A stretch of DNA of 32,000 bases from Synechococcus elongatus PCC 6301. Its GTDB lineage: Bacteria; Cyanobacteriota; Cyanobacteriia; Synechococcales; Synechococcaceae. This document shows, one piece after another, positions 18,003 through 27,048 of this stretch (position 1 is its first letter; each line of letters begins with the position of its first letter). Both the position numbers and the translations under genes were made by a program. The stretch is from the NCBI RefSeq assembly GCF_000010065.1, contig NC_006576.1, positions 1,260,001 through 1,292,000 of the forward strand, given 5' to 3'. The notes under the pieces were generated by a model that made no database searches, had not been told where the DNA came from, and was given only the letters and a program-made list of their open reading frames with translations.

Positions 18003-18432
18003 CAGCGTAGGGGCAAAGATTGCCCATATTTTAGGGAAGGTCGCAGCGATGCGCGGCCACCTGGCTGACTCCCCTGTGCACCAGCCCATTTTTAGTGGAG
18101 CGATTAGGAGAATTCGCAACGGGGCAATTTCAATCAATTCCTGTTATCAACAGAGGGGCACTGCCAAGCGCAGGGCGATTACCTGCTCCACAGTGCTGGC
18201 AGTGATGTTTCAAAAGTGATCCGTCGCTTCGACAGGTCACGATGCTGCACGTACGATCAAGAGCGTGGGCGGCTGTCTGCCATCCTGCTTTGAGGTGCAG
18301 CTGGGGCTATCGGTGCTGGACTGCAGTGCACCCCTCTCTTCTGAGGGCAGGGAGAATCAAACGGCGGCGATCGCTCCGAGTTTCTCTCCCAACGTGCAAG
18401 GAGAGACTGTCAATACAAACAAAGGCTAGGCA

Positions 18433-18999
18433 TTGTCTGTGGATAAAGTTGTTCTCCAGCAAATTGCGACCCAGTTTCGGCTCTTGGGCTGGGGGGCTTT
18501 TTGGGTCCAGGTCACCCTAGCAGTCGTCACCTTCGGGGTGTTGATGTTCAACAACTTGGGGCGGGCACTCACCCGCGATCGCATCATTGGTCTGGGTCCT
18601 GGCCTATCGCTGACATCACTGGCCTTGGTTGTTTTGGCTTACACCACTTACCACGCCTTTCGCTACGTCAAGCTGGGTCAGCGCCTCAATGGGGACCCGT
18701 TGCGCCGTCCTGGCCGGGTTGAAACCCGAAATTTTGTAGTGCGGGGCATTTGGGCCAACGTTGCCGGTCTGTTGTTATCCGTGATGGGCTATCAAGCCTT
18801 GGCGGGCAGTCTGACGTTCCAGGCATCGATGCAGCAGCCGGGCTTTACAGGCCTGAACAACACCATGGGGAACAACGCGATTACATCGCTGGAAATGTTC
18901 TCCATGCTCTCTAACACCCAAGTCCTGACAGGACATGTGGTCTCCCTCCTTGTCAGTCTTTGGCTGCTGCGGATTCTCTCGCCCAGTACCAGTAGCTAA
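18433..18999 (+). CDS. DUF3611-like membrane protein
   Basis: 188-aa multi-TM ORF MSVDKVVLQQIATQFRLLGWGAFWVQVTLAVVTFGVLMFNN... Confidence 0.65.
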   Translation: MSVDKVVLQQIATQFRLLGWGAFWVQVTLAVVTFGVLMFNNLGRALTRDRIIGLGPGLSLTSLALVVLAYTTYHAFRYVKLGQRLNGDPLRRPGRVETRNFVVRGIWANVAGLLLSVMGYQALAGSLTFQASMQQPGFTGLNNTMGNNAITSLEMFSMLSNTQVLTGHVVSLLVSLWLLRILSPSTSS

Positions 19000-19113
19000 G
19001 TCAGCGCGAGCCTTTGAGGACACCCTTCGCTAGTCCTCGAATGGTTGGGCTGCGATCGCCCGTAGTGATCGAAGAGCCGTGTAATAACATAGAGGCCACT
19101 CCCCGAGACCCCT

Positions 19114-20184
19114 ATGGCTAGCAAATCTGACGCGATCGCTCCAGAGAAGGAAAAAGCCCTAAATCTCGTGCTCAGTCAGATTGAGCGCAATTTCGGCAAG
19201 GGGGCAATCATGCGCCTTGGCGATGCGGCTCGACTGCGGGTCGAAACGATTTCCACGGGTGCGCTGACGCTTGATTTAGCCCTGGGCGGCGGTCTACCCA
19301 AGGGGCGGATTATCGAGGTCTACGGCCCTGAAAGCTCGGGTAAAACTACGCTCACGCTCCACGCGATCGCAGAAGTCCAAAAGCAGGGTGGGATCGCCGC
19401 TTTTGTAGACGCGGAGCATGCTCTCGACCCGGTTTACGCCACCTCCGTAGGGGTGGACATTGACAATCTGCTGATCTCGCAGCCTGACACCGGCGAGATG
19501 GCCCTCGAGATTGTCGACCAGCTCGTGCGATCGGCCGCCGTCGATATCGTCGTGATCGACTCGGTGGCAGCCCTCGTTCCCCGTGCCGAAATTGAAGGGG
19601 AAATGGGCGACGCCCAAGTGGGTCTGCAGGCTCGCCTGATGAGCCAAGCGATGCGGAAAATTACAGGCAACATCGGCAAATCGGGTTGCACGGTTATCTT
19701 CCTCAACCAATTGCGCCAAAAAATCGGTGTCACCTACGGCAGCCCCGAGACCACCACAGGCGGTCAGGCCCTGAAGTTCTATGCGTCCGTCCGCTTAGAT
19801 ATTCGCCGCATTCAAACCCTGAAGAAGGGCACAGAAGAGTACGGCACCCGTGCCAAGGTCAAGGTCGTCAAGAACAAAGTGGCACCGCCCTTCCGCATTG
19901 CTGAGTTCGACATTCTCTTCGGCAAGGGCATTTCTACCCTCGGTTGCCTGGTGGACTTGGCGGAAGAAACCGGCGTCATCCTGCGCAAAGGCGCCTGGTA
20001 CAGCTACAACGGCGACAACATCGGCCAAGGGCGCGACAACACAATCACCCACTTGGAAGAGCATCCTGACTTCCGGGCAACGGTCGAACAGCAGGTGCGC
20101 GAAAAATTGGCCCTCGGGGCTCAAGTTTCGGCCAACACAGTCGGGGCAGCGCCTGCCAAAACCGCTGAAGACACCGACAGCTAA
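19114..20184 (+). CDS. recA: recombinase RecA
   Basis: 356 aa: [68 protein letters not shown], intact with no intein. Confidence 0.98.
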   Translation: MASKSDAIAPEKEKALNLVLSQIERNFGKGAIMRLGDAARLRVETISTGALTLDLALGGGLPKGRIIEVYGPESSGKTTLTLHAIAEVQKQGGIAAFVDAEHALDPVYATSVGVDIDNLLISQPDTGEMALEIVDQLVRSAAVDIVVIDSVAALVPRAEIEGEMGDAQVGLQARLMSQAMRKITGNIGKSGCTVIFLNQLRQKIGVTYGSPETTTGGQALKFYASVRLDIRRIQTLKKGTEEYGTRAKVKVVKNKVAPPFRIAEFDILFGKGISTLGCLVDLAEETGVILRKGAWYSYNGDNIGQGRDNTITHLEEHPDFRATVEQQVREKLALGAQVSANTVGAAPAKTAEDTDS

Positions 20185-20259
20185 GTTGCTGCAGTCATCG
20201 TAACGATTTTTCTCAGCCTCCGGCAGGATTCGTCCGCCTGGGAGTTGAGGAAACTCACG

Positions 20260-20294
20260 GCAGCTCTAGCAGTCAGCACTGACTCTAGGGCTGC
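20260..20294 (+). promoter_or_regulatory. strong hairpin downstream of recA (possible 3' stabiliser, processing site or structured RNA)
   Basis: GCAGCTCTAG-c-AGTCAG-CA-CTGACT-CTAGGGCTGC: nested inverted repeat with one G.U in the outer stem; no T-run follows. Confidence 0.45.
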
Positions 20295-20429
20295 TCAGTA
20301 ATTCCCATCAGAGAAGCCACAGCTACCTCTCCGTTCCCTGCACAGCAAAAGTCCCCGATCGCTGACCGAGGACTCGACTTTTTGGCAGTAATTAGAGTTC
20401 AGGCGTCGGCACTGCGATCGCGGCTGAAT

Positions 20430-20594
20430 CTAGGCTGCTTCGCTGGTTTCGTTGCCTTTTTCTTCGTTGTTTTGGCTGTTGGCGAACGGAGACGGGCGGC
20501 GGCCACGGCTGCGCAGGTTCCGCTTACGGAACTTACGGGCGTAGGCTTCGTTACGTAGAGCTTTTTCTTTTTTCAGGTTGCGGCGCTTCGCCAT
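20430..20594 (-). CDS. small basic conserved cyanobacterial protein (54 aa)
   Basis: MAKRRNLKKEKALRNEAYARKFRKRNLRSRGRRPSPFANSQNNEEKG...; start at 20594 preferred over 20630. Confidence 0.65.
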   Translation of the reverse strand: MAKRRNLKKEKALRNEAYARKFRKRNLRSRGRRPSPFANSQNNEEKGNETSEAA

Positions 20595-20750
20595 GGTGAC
20601 CTCTCGCGAAAGAACGGTGCGGACTGTCAAACAAAACCGACAGGGGCAAGGGGCTTAGACAGTGGCGATCGCCCAGCCATGCCCACACGAACGCAGAATG
20701 ACAATCTTACCACCGTTGTCGACTGACTGCACGGCCTCGAATCGTTCCCG

Positions 20751-21530
20751 CTAGCGGCGATCGCCCGCTTGGCTGACAATGCCGGACCATTGCACTTGAC
20801 GTTGATTGCTGCGGCGATAGGAGAAGAAATGGGCTTCGTCCTGGAAGGTGCAGTGCGGCGCGATCGAGATTTGGGCATCGCTGAGCCCTAGTTGCAACAG
20901 CTGGTGTCGATTGACTTGGCGCACATCCAAGCGCAGGCGATCGGCTGCGGAATCAGGCAAGACTGCCGGAGTTGATCCTGTCAGAAAGGCTTGGGGATCG
21001 GTCAGCTCCGGCGCTAACGACTGCAGGGTCTGGAGAGCGACTTGCGGCTCGACTTGGTAGACCTCACCCGCGATCGCAGGGCCAAGGGCGACACGCAGAT
21101 CTTCGGGTTGGCTGCCTTGGGCTAGCAACTGCTGAACCGCAATGCGCAGGACGCCCGCCGCCGTGCCTCGCCAGCCCGCATGCACTGCTGCAACACTGCC
21201 CTGTTTGAGATCAGCGACGAGTGCTGGTGTGCAATCAGCCGAACAGACCCAGAGAGATTGACCAGCCGCCTCACTGTAGAGGCCATCCGCTTCGGACAGG
21301 GGTGAAGCAGAGTGCGGCGCGATCGTTGCCGGCAAAACTTTATTGCCATGGACTTGCTTGACCCGATGCACCGAGGCTTGGGGATTGAGCAACGGTTGCA
21401 ACTGATGCGGTTCAGCTGGCGCAAAAGTACGAGTAAAAAAACCATGCTCAAAGTCAGCTAGCAGTTGGCAACGGAGATAGGTGCCAGTGGCTGTTGCCTG
21501 CCAGAACCAAGGGTTAGCATCTGCGATCAT
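20751..21530 (-). CDS. pgeF: multicopper polyphenol oxidase (laccase)-domain protein / peptidoglycan editing factor (YfiH/PgeF)
   Basis: VHRVKQVHGNKV, CTADCTPALVADLKQGSVAAVHAGWRGTAAG, LGPAIAGEVYQV, SIAPHCTFQDEAHFFSYRR. Confidence 0.9.
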   Translation of the reverse strand: MIADANPWFWQATATGTYLRCQLLADFEHGFFTRTFAPAEPHQLQPLLNPQASVHRVKQVHGNKVLPATIAPHSASPLSEADGLYSEAAGQSLWVCSADCTPALVADLKQGSVAAVHAGWRGTAAGVLRIAVQQLLAQGSQPEDLRVALGPAIAGEVYQVEPQVALQTLQSLAPELTDPQAFLTGSTPAVLPDSAADRLRLDVRQVNRHQLLQLGLSDAQISIAPHCTFQDEAHFFSYRRSNQRQVQWSGIVSQAGDRR

Positions 21531-21575
21531 GGCAATTGACTTGAGCCGTCAGAGTCCTGTCGTCCAGCCTAGCGA

Positions 21576-22346
21576 ATGGTTTGTTTGAATCTACAGCAGC
21601 AGGCCCAGCAAGCTGGGATTCGCTATCGGCTGCGGACAATCGCGGTCACCGATTCCACCAACGCCCAGCTTTGGCAGCAGGCCGATCGCCACGAGCAGGT
21701 TCTGATCGCCGCTCAACAGCGGGCTGGGCGCGGTCAGCAGGGCCGCAGTTGGTTATCCCCTTTGGGTGGGCTTTATCTCTCTTTGGGCCTGGATTTAGAT
21801 CTGCCCCTCAGCGAGTCGGCTCGCCTGATATTTGGTGCCGCTTGGGGCGTTGCACAGTCGCTGCGATCGCAGGTTCCAGTTCAGTTGAAATGGCCCAATG
21901 ATCTCGTGCTCGACGATCGCAAGCTGGGCGGCATACTGGTTGAGACTCGGAGTCAGGGCGATCGCCTGCGCGAGGCGGTGATTGGCCTCGGGCTGAATGG
22001 ATCCAATCCTGTGCCTGAGACTGGCATTGCCCTCCAGTCTGTTTCGACCGCTTGGGCAGACCTACCTGATTTAGCGATCGCGGTACTCCAAGGCCTCCAG
22101 ACCGGCTTGGATCAATGGTTGGCAGATGATTGGGAAACCTTGATTCCTCTCTACGATCAATGGCTCTACCGCCGTAGCGATCGCTTAACTTGGCAGGGCC
22201 AGATTGTGACCTTGCTGGGGATTGATCCCAGTGGCGGGCTTCGACTGCAGGGGCGCGATCGCCCTTGGGTCATCGTTCAGCCCGGAGACCTCAGCCTGTG
22301 GCCGTGGCAACATGATCCAAAAACTGATCCAGTGACACACCAATAA
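21576..22346 (+). CDS. birA: biotin--[acetyl-CoA-carboxylase] ligase
   Basis: DSTNAQLW, AQQRAGRGQQGRSWLSPLGGLYLS, VQLKWPNDLVLDDRKLGGILVET, GLGLNG; no N-terminal HTH. Confidence 0.93.
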   Translation: MVCLNLQQQAQQAGIRYRLRTIAVTDSTNAQLWQQADRHEQVLIAAQQRAGRGQQGRSWLSPLGGLYLSLGLDLDLPLSESARLIFGAAWGVAQSLRSQVPVQLKWPNDLVLDDRKLGGILVETRSQGDRLREAVIGLGLNGSNPVPETGIALQSVSTAWADLPDLAIAVLQGLQTGLDQWLADDWETLIPLYDQWLYRRSDRLTWQGQIVTLLGIDPSGGLRLQGRDRPWVIVQPGDLSLWPWQHDPKTDPVTHQ

Positions 22347-22430
22347 CGGGATCGAGTTTTTAGACTGGGAAAGCTTGCGAACTTTGGGACTGAGCTCTCA
22401 GAAGCAAGTGCTGATTTTGTTGAGGCTCCT

Positions 22431-23474
22431 GTGAATCGCCCGCTTTCCTTGACACTGGCTGCTTTGCTCAGCACCACCACCGTGCTGATCGGAGTTTCAG
22501 CTCCCTCGGGCCAAGCGCAGTCAGTTTCGAACCCAACAGCCACTGAAGCGCTTCCCAGCCTGCCGGAGGATCTGCGGCTCCGTCCCTCGCAGCCATCGAA
22601 CAACGACCTCGGCGAAGTGCGGTTGCGGCGCGACAACCCGGAGGCTTTTCCCCAAGTAGACCTGCGCGCCCGACTGCGATCGGCCTGTGGCAACCCCGAA
22701 TTTGCAGGAGCGCTCTCACCTCGCGAATGTCAGCAAGCGGAACGGAACAGTGAAACCGCAATCGCAACCGGTGGGGAATTACAGATCGACCCCATCACCG
22801 GCGAAGCCGTACCCAATCTGGGTCGACTCCAGCCACCTTCCACCAATCCGCTCTCTGTGGCGGTGTCTTATTTAGGACAACAACTCGGCAATACCTTGAA
22901 TGTGGCGCAGTACCTCAATCGCACAGCGCGCCCCAACGGGATTCAAAACAATGGCGATCGCCAATTACTCTTCCCCCTGACAGTTCGGGCAGCAATTAGC
23001 TCCACCTTTGGCTGGCGACTCCATCCGGTGTATGGCGAATATCGCATGCACACCGGCACAGATATTGCCGCACCCATGGGCACGCCTGTCGTCGCCGCCT
23101 TTTCTGGCACTGTTGCGATCGCAGACTTTTTGGGGGGCTACGGCCTGACGGTGGTGCTCAATCACCAAGATCCCCTCCGCGAAACCCTCTACGGTCACCT
23201 CTCAGAGATTTTTGTTCGTCCGGGCGATCGCGTGAAACAGGGCGAAGTCATTGGCCGCGTCGGTATGACTGGCACAGCTACAGGCCCCCACCTGCACTTT
23301 GAATTGAGGGAGCCCCAAGGCGGCGGCTGGGTCGCCGTCAATAGCGACAATCAACTCCAGCAGGCCTTGGGGGGAATTTTTGCAACGCTGCAGGGCTCAG
23401 AAAACCAAACGGATAATCAACTGGCGCTACTGCTTAGCAAACTCCTACAAGTGCTCGAACAGCCCCAAGGCTAG
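22431..23474 (+). CDS. M23 family peptidase (LytM-like), secreted
   Basis: Signal-like N-terminus and ISSTFGWRLHPVYGEYRMHTGTDIAAPMGTPVVA...YGHLSEIFVRPGDRVKQGEVIGRVGMTGTATGPHLHFELR. Confidence 0.93.
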   Translation: MNRPLSLTLAALLSTTTVLIGVSAPSGQAQSVSNPTATEALPSLPEDLRLRPSQPSNNDLGEVRLRRDNPEAFPQVDLRARLRSACGNPEFAGALSPRECQQAERNSETAIATGGELQIDPITGEAVPNLGRLQPPSTNPLSVAVSYLGQQLGNTLNVAQYLNRTARPNGIQNNGDRQLLFPLTVRAAISSTFGWRLHPVYGEYRMHTGTDIAAPMGTPVVAAFSGTVAIADFLGGYGLTVVLNHQDPLRETLYGHLSEIFVRPGDRVKQGEVIGRVGMTGTATGPHLHFELREPQGGGWVAVNSDNQLQQALGGIFATLQGSENQTDNQLALLLSKLLQVLEQPQG

Positions 23475-23582
23475 AGCACCCTGAAATTTGGTGAGGACAA
23501 TTTAATGCAATCGGATGTGCCTCAAGCCCGTAGACGGCACCGACTAGTTTTACCCGCAGCGATCGCAATTCAGTCGATCAGT

Positions 23583-23714
23583 CTCACCCGAAATCTCGTA
23601 GTGGGAGTCTGGGGGAGTCAAGCCCTCTAGGACGTGGGTGTGGGGTTCGCGATCACCCTCCACGGACAGTCGCTGTTAACCCTAACCAACTACCCCAAAT
23701 CAAGTTGTCCTAAC
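23583..23714 (+). repeat. imperfect intergenic repeat, copy 2
   Basis: CTCACCCGAAATCTCG...CTGGGGGAGTCAAGCCCTCTAG...CGTGGGTGTGGGGTT...CACCCTCCACGGACAGTCGCTGTTAAC...AAGTTGTCCTAAC; reverse complement aligns with 11333-11464 over its whole length. Confidence 0.75.
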
Positions 23715-23826
23715 TAAATTGCAGGATTTTGTAGAACTGGCGCGATCGCCTGCAAAAAAGCGGACGGCTAGATCCCTGGGGTCAGCGTCCGCTCGCAATC
23801 TCAATTCAAAGCCAGCGAAAAGAGTC

Positions 23827-24234
23827 TTAGGCTTCGCGGTTGAGGGCCAACTCCACCATGCGGAACTCTTTCTCCAAGCGTTTTTTCAACTTCTCTGGCA
23901 CAGGGCGATTGGGATAAGAGCTGTAGTGGCCGGCCAAGCTATTCAAGGCTGTTTGCATCGTCGTGAAGGATGACAGACCCGAAACGCGACTATCACGACG
24001 GTAACGCGCAGCAAAGTCATTGATCAGCTGACGCGCCTCAGCTTGAGCGGCGCTTTTTTCTGGGGCATCGTCGGGTAGCGTGATTGCATTGCGCAGGCTG
24101 GTCACGACGGCGAGGGTGTCCTGACGATAGTTGCCGCTGATTGCTGAATCACCACCACCAGTACAAGCCGTTAAGCCAATCACGGCAACGAGCACGATCG
24201 CAAACAGGCGTGCGAGAGGGCGGGCCATAGGCAC
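23827..24234 (-). CDS. psb27: photosystem II assembly lipoprotein Psb27
   Basis: 135 aa: lipobox-like GLTACTGG; SGNYRQDTLAVVTSLRNAITLP...FAARYRRDSRVSGLSSFTTMQTALNSLAGHYSSYPNRPVPEKLKKRLEKEFRMVELAL. Confidence 0.93.
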   Translation of the reverse strand: MPMARPLARLFAIVLVAVIGLTACTGGGDSAISGNYRQDTLAVVTSLRNAITLPDDAPEKSAAQAEARQLINDFAARYRRDSRVSGLSSFTTMQTALNSLAGHYSSYPNRPVPEKLKKRLEKEFRMVELALNREA

Positions 24235-24291
24235 TCCAGGAAGAGTCAGGAATTTTTCTTATCCTATCCCGCAGCGGCAAAGGGTCTGGTA

Positions 24292-24519
24292 CTAAGAAGC
24301 GGGGGAGTCAGGCGACTGGAGCAAGTGTTCGTGACTGACTTTGAGCTTGTCCCAAAGTCCTCTGATGCGGGCGTAGGCTTGCTCCTGGCTCAGTTTGCCG
24401 TTGGACTGTAGGCCCACAATGATTCCGACCTGTTCAGCAAACTCTTCGAGGTTGTTGTGAAAGGCAGCGGCTTGAGGCGTCCAGGGCTCACCGCGATAGC
24501 GTTGACGGGGATAGAGCAT
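24292..24519 (-). CDS. conserved cyanobacterial hypothetical protein (75 aa)
   Basis: MLYPRQRYRGEPWTPQAAAFHNNLEEFAEQVGIIVGLQSNGKLSQEQAYARIRGLWDKLKVS; in-frame start at 24519 preferred over 24660. Confidence 0.65.
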   Translation of the reverse strand: MLYPRQRYRGEPWTPQAAAFHNNLEEFAEQVGIIVGLQSNGKLSQEQAYARIRGLWDKLKVSHEHLLQSPDSPAS

Positions 24520-24676
24520 ACGGGCACAACCTTGGCCAGTAAGCTGGCAGTTCGAAGGCTTTTGCCACAGTCTTAGCAAGAGATGCAGCACTTCATTTGT
24601 CGCATACACCACTTTTAGCGTGACCATCTGGCACAATCGCCAACTCCAGAAACGCTTCAATGTCTCGAGGTTTTGC

Positions 24677-25255
24677 TCAAAGTAGACTGGAGTCGGTACG
24701 GCAAGCTGGTGAAGCCTTTACTTTTTGCCACAGCGCAACTCCACCGCCACGACCGCGAGCTGCGATTACCGTTGGTGTGACAGAAAAATAGTGAAAAAAC
24801 GGCAGTTTCGGACGGGGACGCTGCTGTAAGCGATCGCTCAGCCTTGAGATAGCAGCAGCACCTCCCAAGCGACCTTGAACCAGCAGGCGATCGCCCCAAG
24901 CCAGTTGCCACTGTTCAAAGTCAAACCAGAGCAAATTCCGGCCAACTTCAAACTGACAAGGCCCCCGAAAACGAAAGCGCATCGCGCCAAGGCAAATCTG
25001 ATTGGTGATTTGACCGCTTTCGGCCTCGATCCAGCGATATTCCAACGTCGCCGGCAAGAAGGCAGGCCAGCGCCACAGGCGACCCGTTTTGTTGAGTCCG
25101 GCTTGCAGTTGCCATAGGCCTTCCAGATCCGCCGAGGTAATCGCGGGGCGTTGCGATCGCGCTTGCCGTTCGCTCGCCAACAGTTGCTCAGCCAAGGCGG
25201 CTGCATCGGATTGAAGAAGGGCTTCCCAGTCAGGCGCGATCGCGGTCATGCTCAA
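24677..25255 (-). CDS. conserved hypothetical protein, possibly PAP/fibrillin-like (lipocalin-like fold)
   Basis: 192 aa: LEGLWQLQAG...ATLEYRWIEAESGQITNQICLGAMRFRFRGPCQFEVGRNLLWFDFEQWQL...GRLGG; start overlaps the upstream CPBP gene. Confidence 0.55.
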   Translation of the reverse strand: MSMTAIAPDWEALLQSDAAALAEQLLASERQARSQRPAITSADLEGLWQLQAGLNKTGRLWRWPAFLPATLEYRWIEAESGQITNQICLGAMRFRFRGPCQFEVGRNLLWFDFEQWQLAWGDRLLVQGRLGGAAAISRLSDRLQQRPRPKLPFFHYFSVTPTVIAARGRGGGVALWQKVKASPACRTDSSLL

Positions 25256-25811
25256 CTTTCCACCAGAGGGCTGAGCCCCAGTTAATACAGATGTGGGCAG
25301 TAATCGGCAGCAGCAGATTGCCGGTTTCGACGGCGGTCCAGCCGAGGATCAGGCCGACCCCTGTGGCCATCAGGGCATAGGGCCATTGGTTGCGGCCGCC
25401 CAGATGCAGACTGCCAAACAGCAAACTACTGATCAAAATGCCTTGCCAGTTCAGACCGATCGCCGGTAGAGCAACACCCCGGAACAACAGCTCTTCGCTG
25501 AGCCCGGGCAACAAGCCAATCCAGAGCAGATCGGCCCAAGTCAGCGGCTGCAGCACGATCGCCAAGTAAAAATCGCTGCTGTGGCGATAGCCCGGCCAAA
25601 GTTGATAGCAGAGCCGACTGAGCAGCACAACGCCCAGTGCAATTCCTAGACCGGCGATCGCCAGCTCCGGTTGCCAACGCCAGGGTAACTGGGGAATGGC
25701 ACCGACTCGCTGCCAGAGCTTGGCGCCAATCAGCAAAGCGATCGCTGTACAGGCCACTGCCAGCAAAATCTGTTGACGACTCAAAGCATCTTCGGGAGCA
25801 GGACTCGTCAT
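25230..25811 (-). CDS. CPBP family intramembrane metalloprotease (CAAX/Rce1-like)
   Basis: GLLPGLSEELLFRGVALPAIG (EExxxR) and SLLFGSLHL...AHICINWGSALWW motifs; multi-TM. Confidence 0.85.
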   Translation of the reverse strand: MTSPAPEDALSRQQILLAVACTAIALLIGAKLWQRVGAIPQLPWRWQPELAIAGLGIALGVVLLSRLCYQLWPGYRHSSDFYLAIVLQPLTWADLLWIGLLPGLSEELLFRGVALPAIGLNWQGILISSLLFGSLHLGGRNQWPYALMATGVGLILGWTAVETGNLLLPITAHICINWGSALWWKVEHDRDRA

Positions 25812-26887
25812 CCGCTGGTTGCCTGCTGGACGGAATGGTTTAAGTATGACAAGCGGCGATCGCCCGGCGAAAGGGCTGCTGGATCCAGGCCGGCTTTGTA
25901 AGCCGCTAGCCAGCCCACTGCTTCTAAGTGCGTTTGCAGGTGCTGGACGGGCACGCCCAGATCCACCGGTCGCAAATCCAAGGTCGAGCGATTCTCTGCC
26001 ACGGCCAGAATCGGAATCCCCCGTGCTGCCCAGTGGAGAATGCCGGGGCCGCCGATCGCAGTCTCAGGGGCAATCACGACATCGACGGATTCTGGTCGGA
26101 TGCTTTCAGCAATCGACTCAGTTGCTGAGCGATAGCGGGGCGCACGACTCAGCCCTGCCAAGACACAGGGTAGAAAGGTATGCCCCAGTTCTTCCGCAGC
26201 CGATCGCGGTGAAATGCTGGCATCCAGCGGTAAGGGCTGCAATGCCGGGGCATGAGCGCAGGGTACCTGGAACTCCCGCACGATCAGATGACTAATCACG
26301 GCTTCGGCTCCGGCTAGGGGGTCAACCCCTTGACCTTGACGGTAATCCTGCAGGGCAATGGCACCCGGATCATCCGGAAACCGAGCGATGACTGCGATCG
26401 CCTCACATCCGGCTTTTAAGAGCTGATCTGCGGCTCGTAGCAAACTATCGGGGCGGTCAATCGTGCCCCAGGTCGAGCCTGAGTCTGCCTGTCGCAGGGT
26501 CACGCCCAAGGGGGCATCCGTGATCACCGCTGCCGTCACAGAGAGTCCCAGCGTAGCCTGAGCCGCTTCTGCAACCTGCTGGTGGCGAATTCGTAACTCC
26601 GGCTCGATTGCCGCGTCTAGAAGTAGACCAATGCGGTTGCAATGCACCGGCTGTAATTGCCAATCACCCGCCGCAAAGCGATCGAGGGCGTAGCCTTCGA
26701 CGTAGGCGACGTTCGGCAGTGGCCAGTAGAGACTCGCCCCATTCATCACGTTGGGATGGGTGATCAAGCGATCGCTGACTGAGGCGATCGCCCGCGCCAA
26801 AGGCAGGGCGTCCCCAGCATAACCACCCACGGCACAGCCAATCCCCGTCGGCACAATCAGGACAGAGGTTAGCGATCGCCCGAGCAT
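25808..26887 (-). CDS. DUF3326-like conserved protein
   Basis: 359 aa: LIVPTGIGCAVGGYAGDALPLARAIASVSDRLITHPNVMNGASLYWPLPNVAYVEGYALDRFAAG. Confidence 0.8.
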   Translation of the reverse strand: MLGRSLTSVLIVPTGIGCAVGGYAGDALPLARAIASVSDRLITHPNVMNGASLYWPLPNVAYVEGYALDRFAAGDWQLQPVHCNRIGLLLDAAIEPELRIRHQQVAEAAQATLGLSVTAAVITDAPLGVTLRQADSGSTWGTIDRPDSLLRAADQLLKAGCEAIAVIARFPDDPGAIALQDYRQGQGVDPLAGAEAVISHLIVREFQVPCAHAPALQPLPLDASISPRSAAEELGHTFLPCVLAGLSRAPRYRSATESIAESIRPESVDVVIAPETAIGGPGILHWAARGIPILAVAENRSTLDLRPVDLGVPVQHLQTHLEAVGWLAAYKAGLDPAALSPGDRRLSYLNHSVQQATSG

Positions 26888-27048
26888 GGGGTCACCACCG
26901 CTTCGATACGCACCATTGATCCTTCCCGAGCCGCGATCGCCCAGCGCAACGGTTCACCCTGCTGGCGTAAGGCTGATTCGATCGATCGAATGAGGCAATC
27001 AAGCTCGGGTTGCCAGGGCAAAGTCAGACTGACAAATTGGGTCTGCAT
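26869..27048 (-). CDS. 59-aa small conserved-looking protein inside the ferredoxin cluster
   Basis: Hand translation: MQTQFVSLTLPWQPELDCLIRSIESALRQQGEPLRWAIAAREGSMVRIEAVVTPCSGDR*. Start overlaps the ferredoxin stop (TGATG) and its end overlaps the DUF3326 start, so there is no gap in the gene chain. Confidence 0.65.
   Translation of the reverse strand: MQTQFVSLTLPWQPELDCLIRSIESALRQQGEPLRWAIAAREGSMVRIEAVVTPCSGDR

Noticed and set aside
19000-19113. Possible SOS/LexA box upstream of recA
   Set aside because: I looked for a cyanobacterial AGTAC-N4-GTTC-like or Gram-negative CTGT-N8-ACAG site and found none; nothing to report as a feature.
20185-20215. ATCG-TAA-CGAT followed by TTTTT just after recA as an intrinsic terminator
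   Set aside because: Only a 4-bp stem with a 3-nt loop; too weak to call as a terminator.
23719-23973. 84-aa + strand ORF antisense to the end of psb27
   Set aside because: Reverse reading of a clearly identified gene; no motif.
24296-24320. GCGGGGGAGTCAGGCGAC resembling part of the hairpin repeat
   Set aside because: Only GGGGGAGTCA matches; it lies in the end of a coding ORF and none of the other conserved blocks are nearby.
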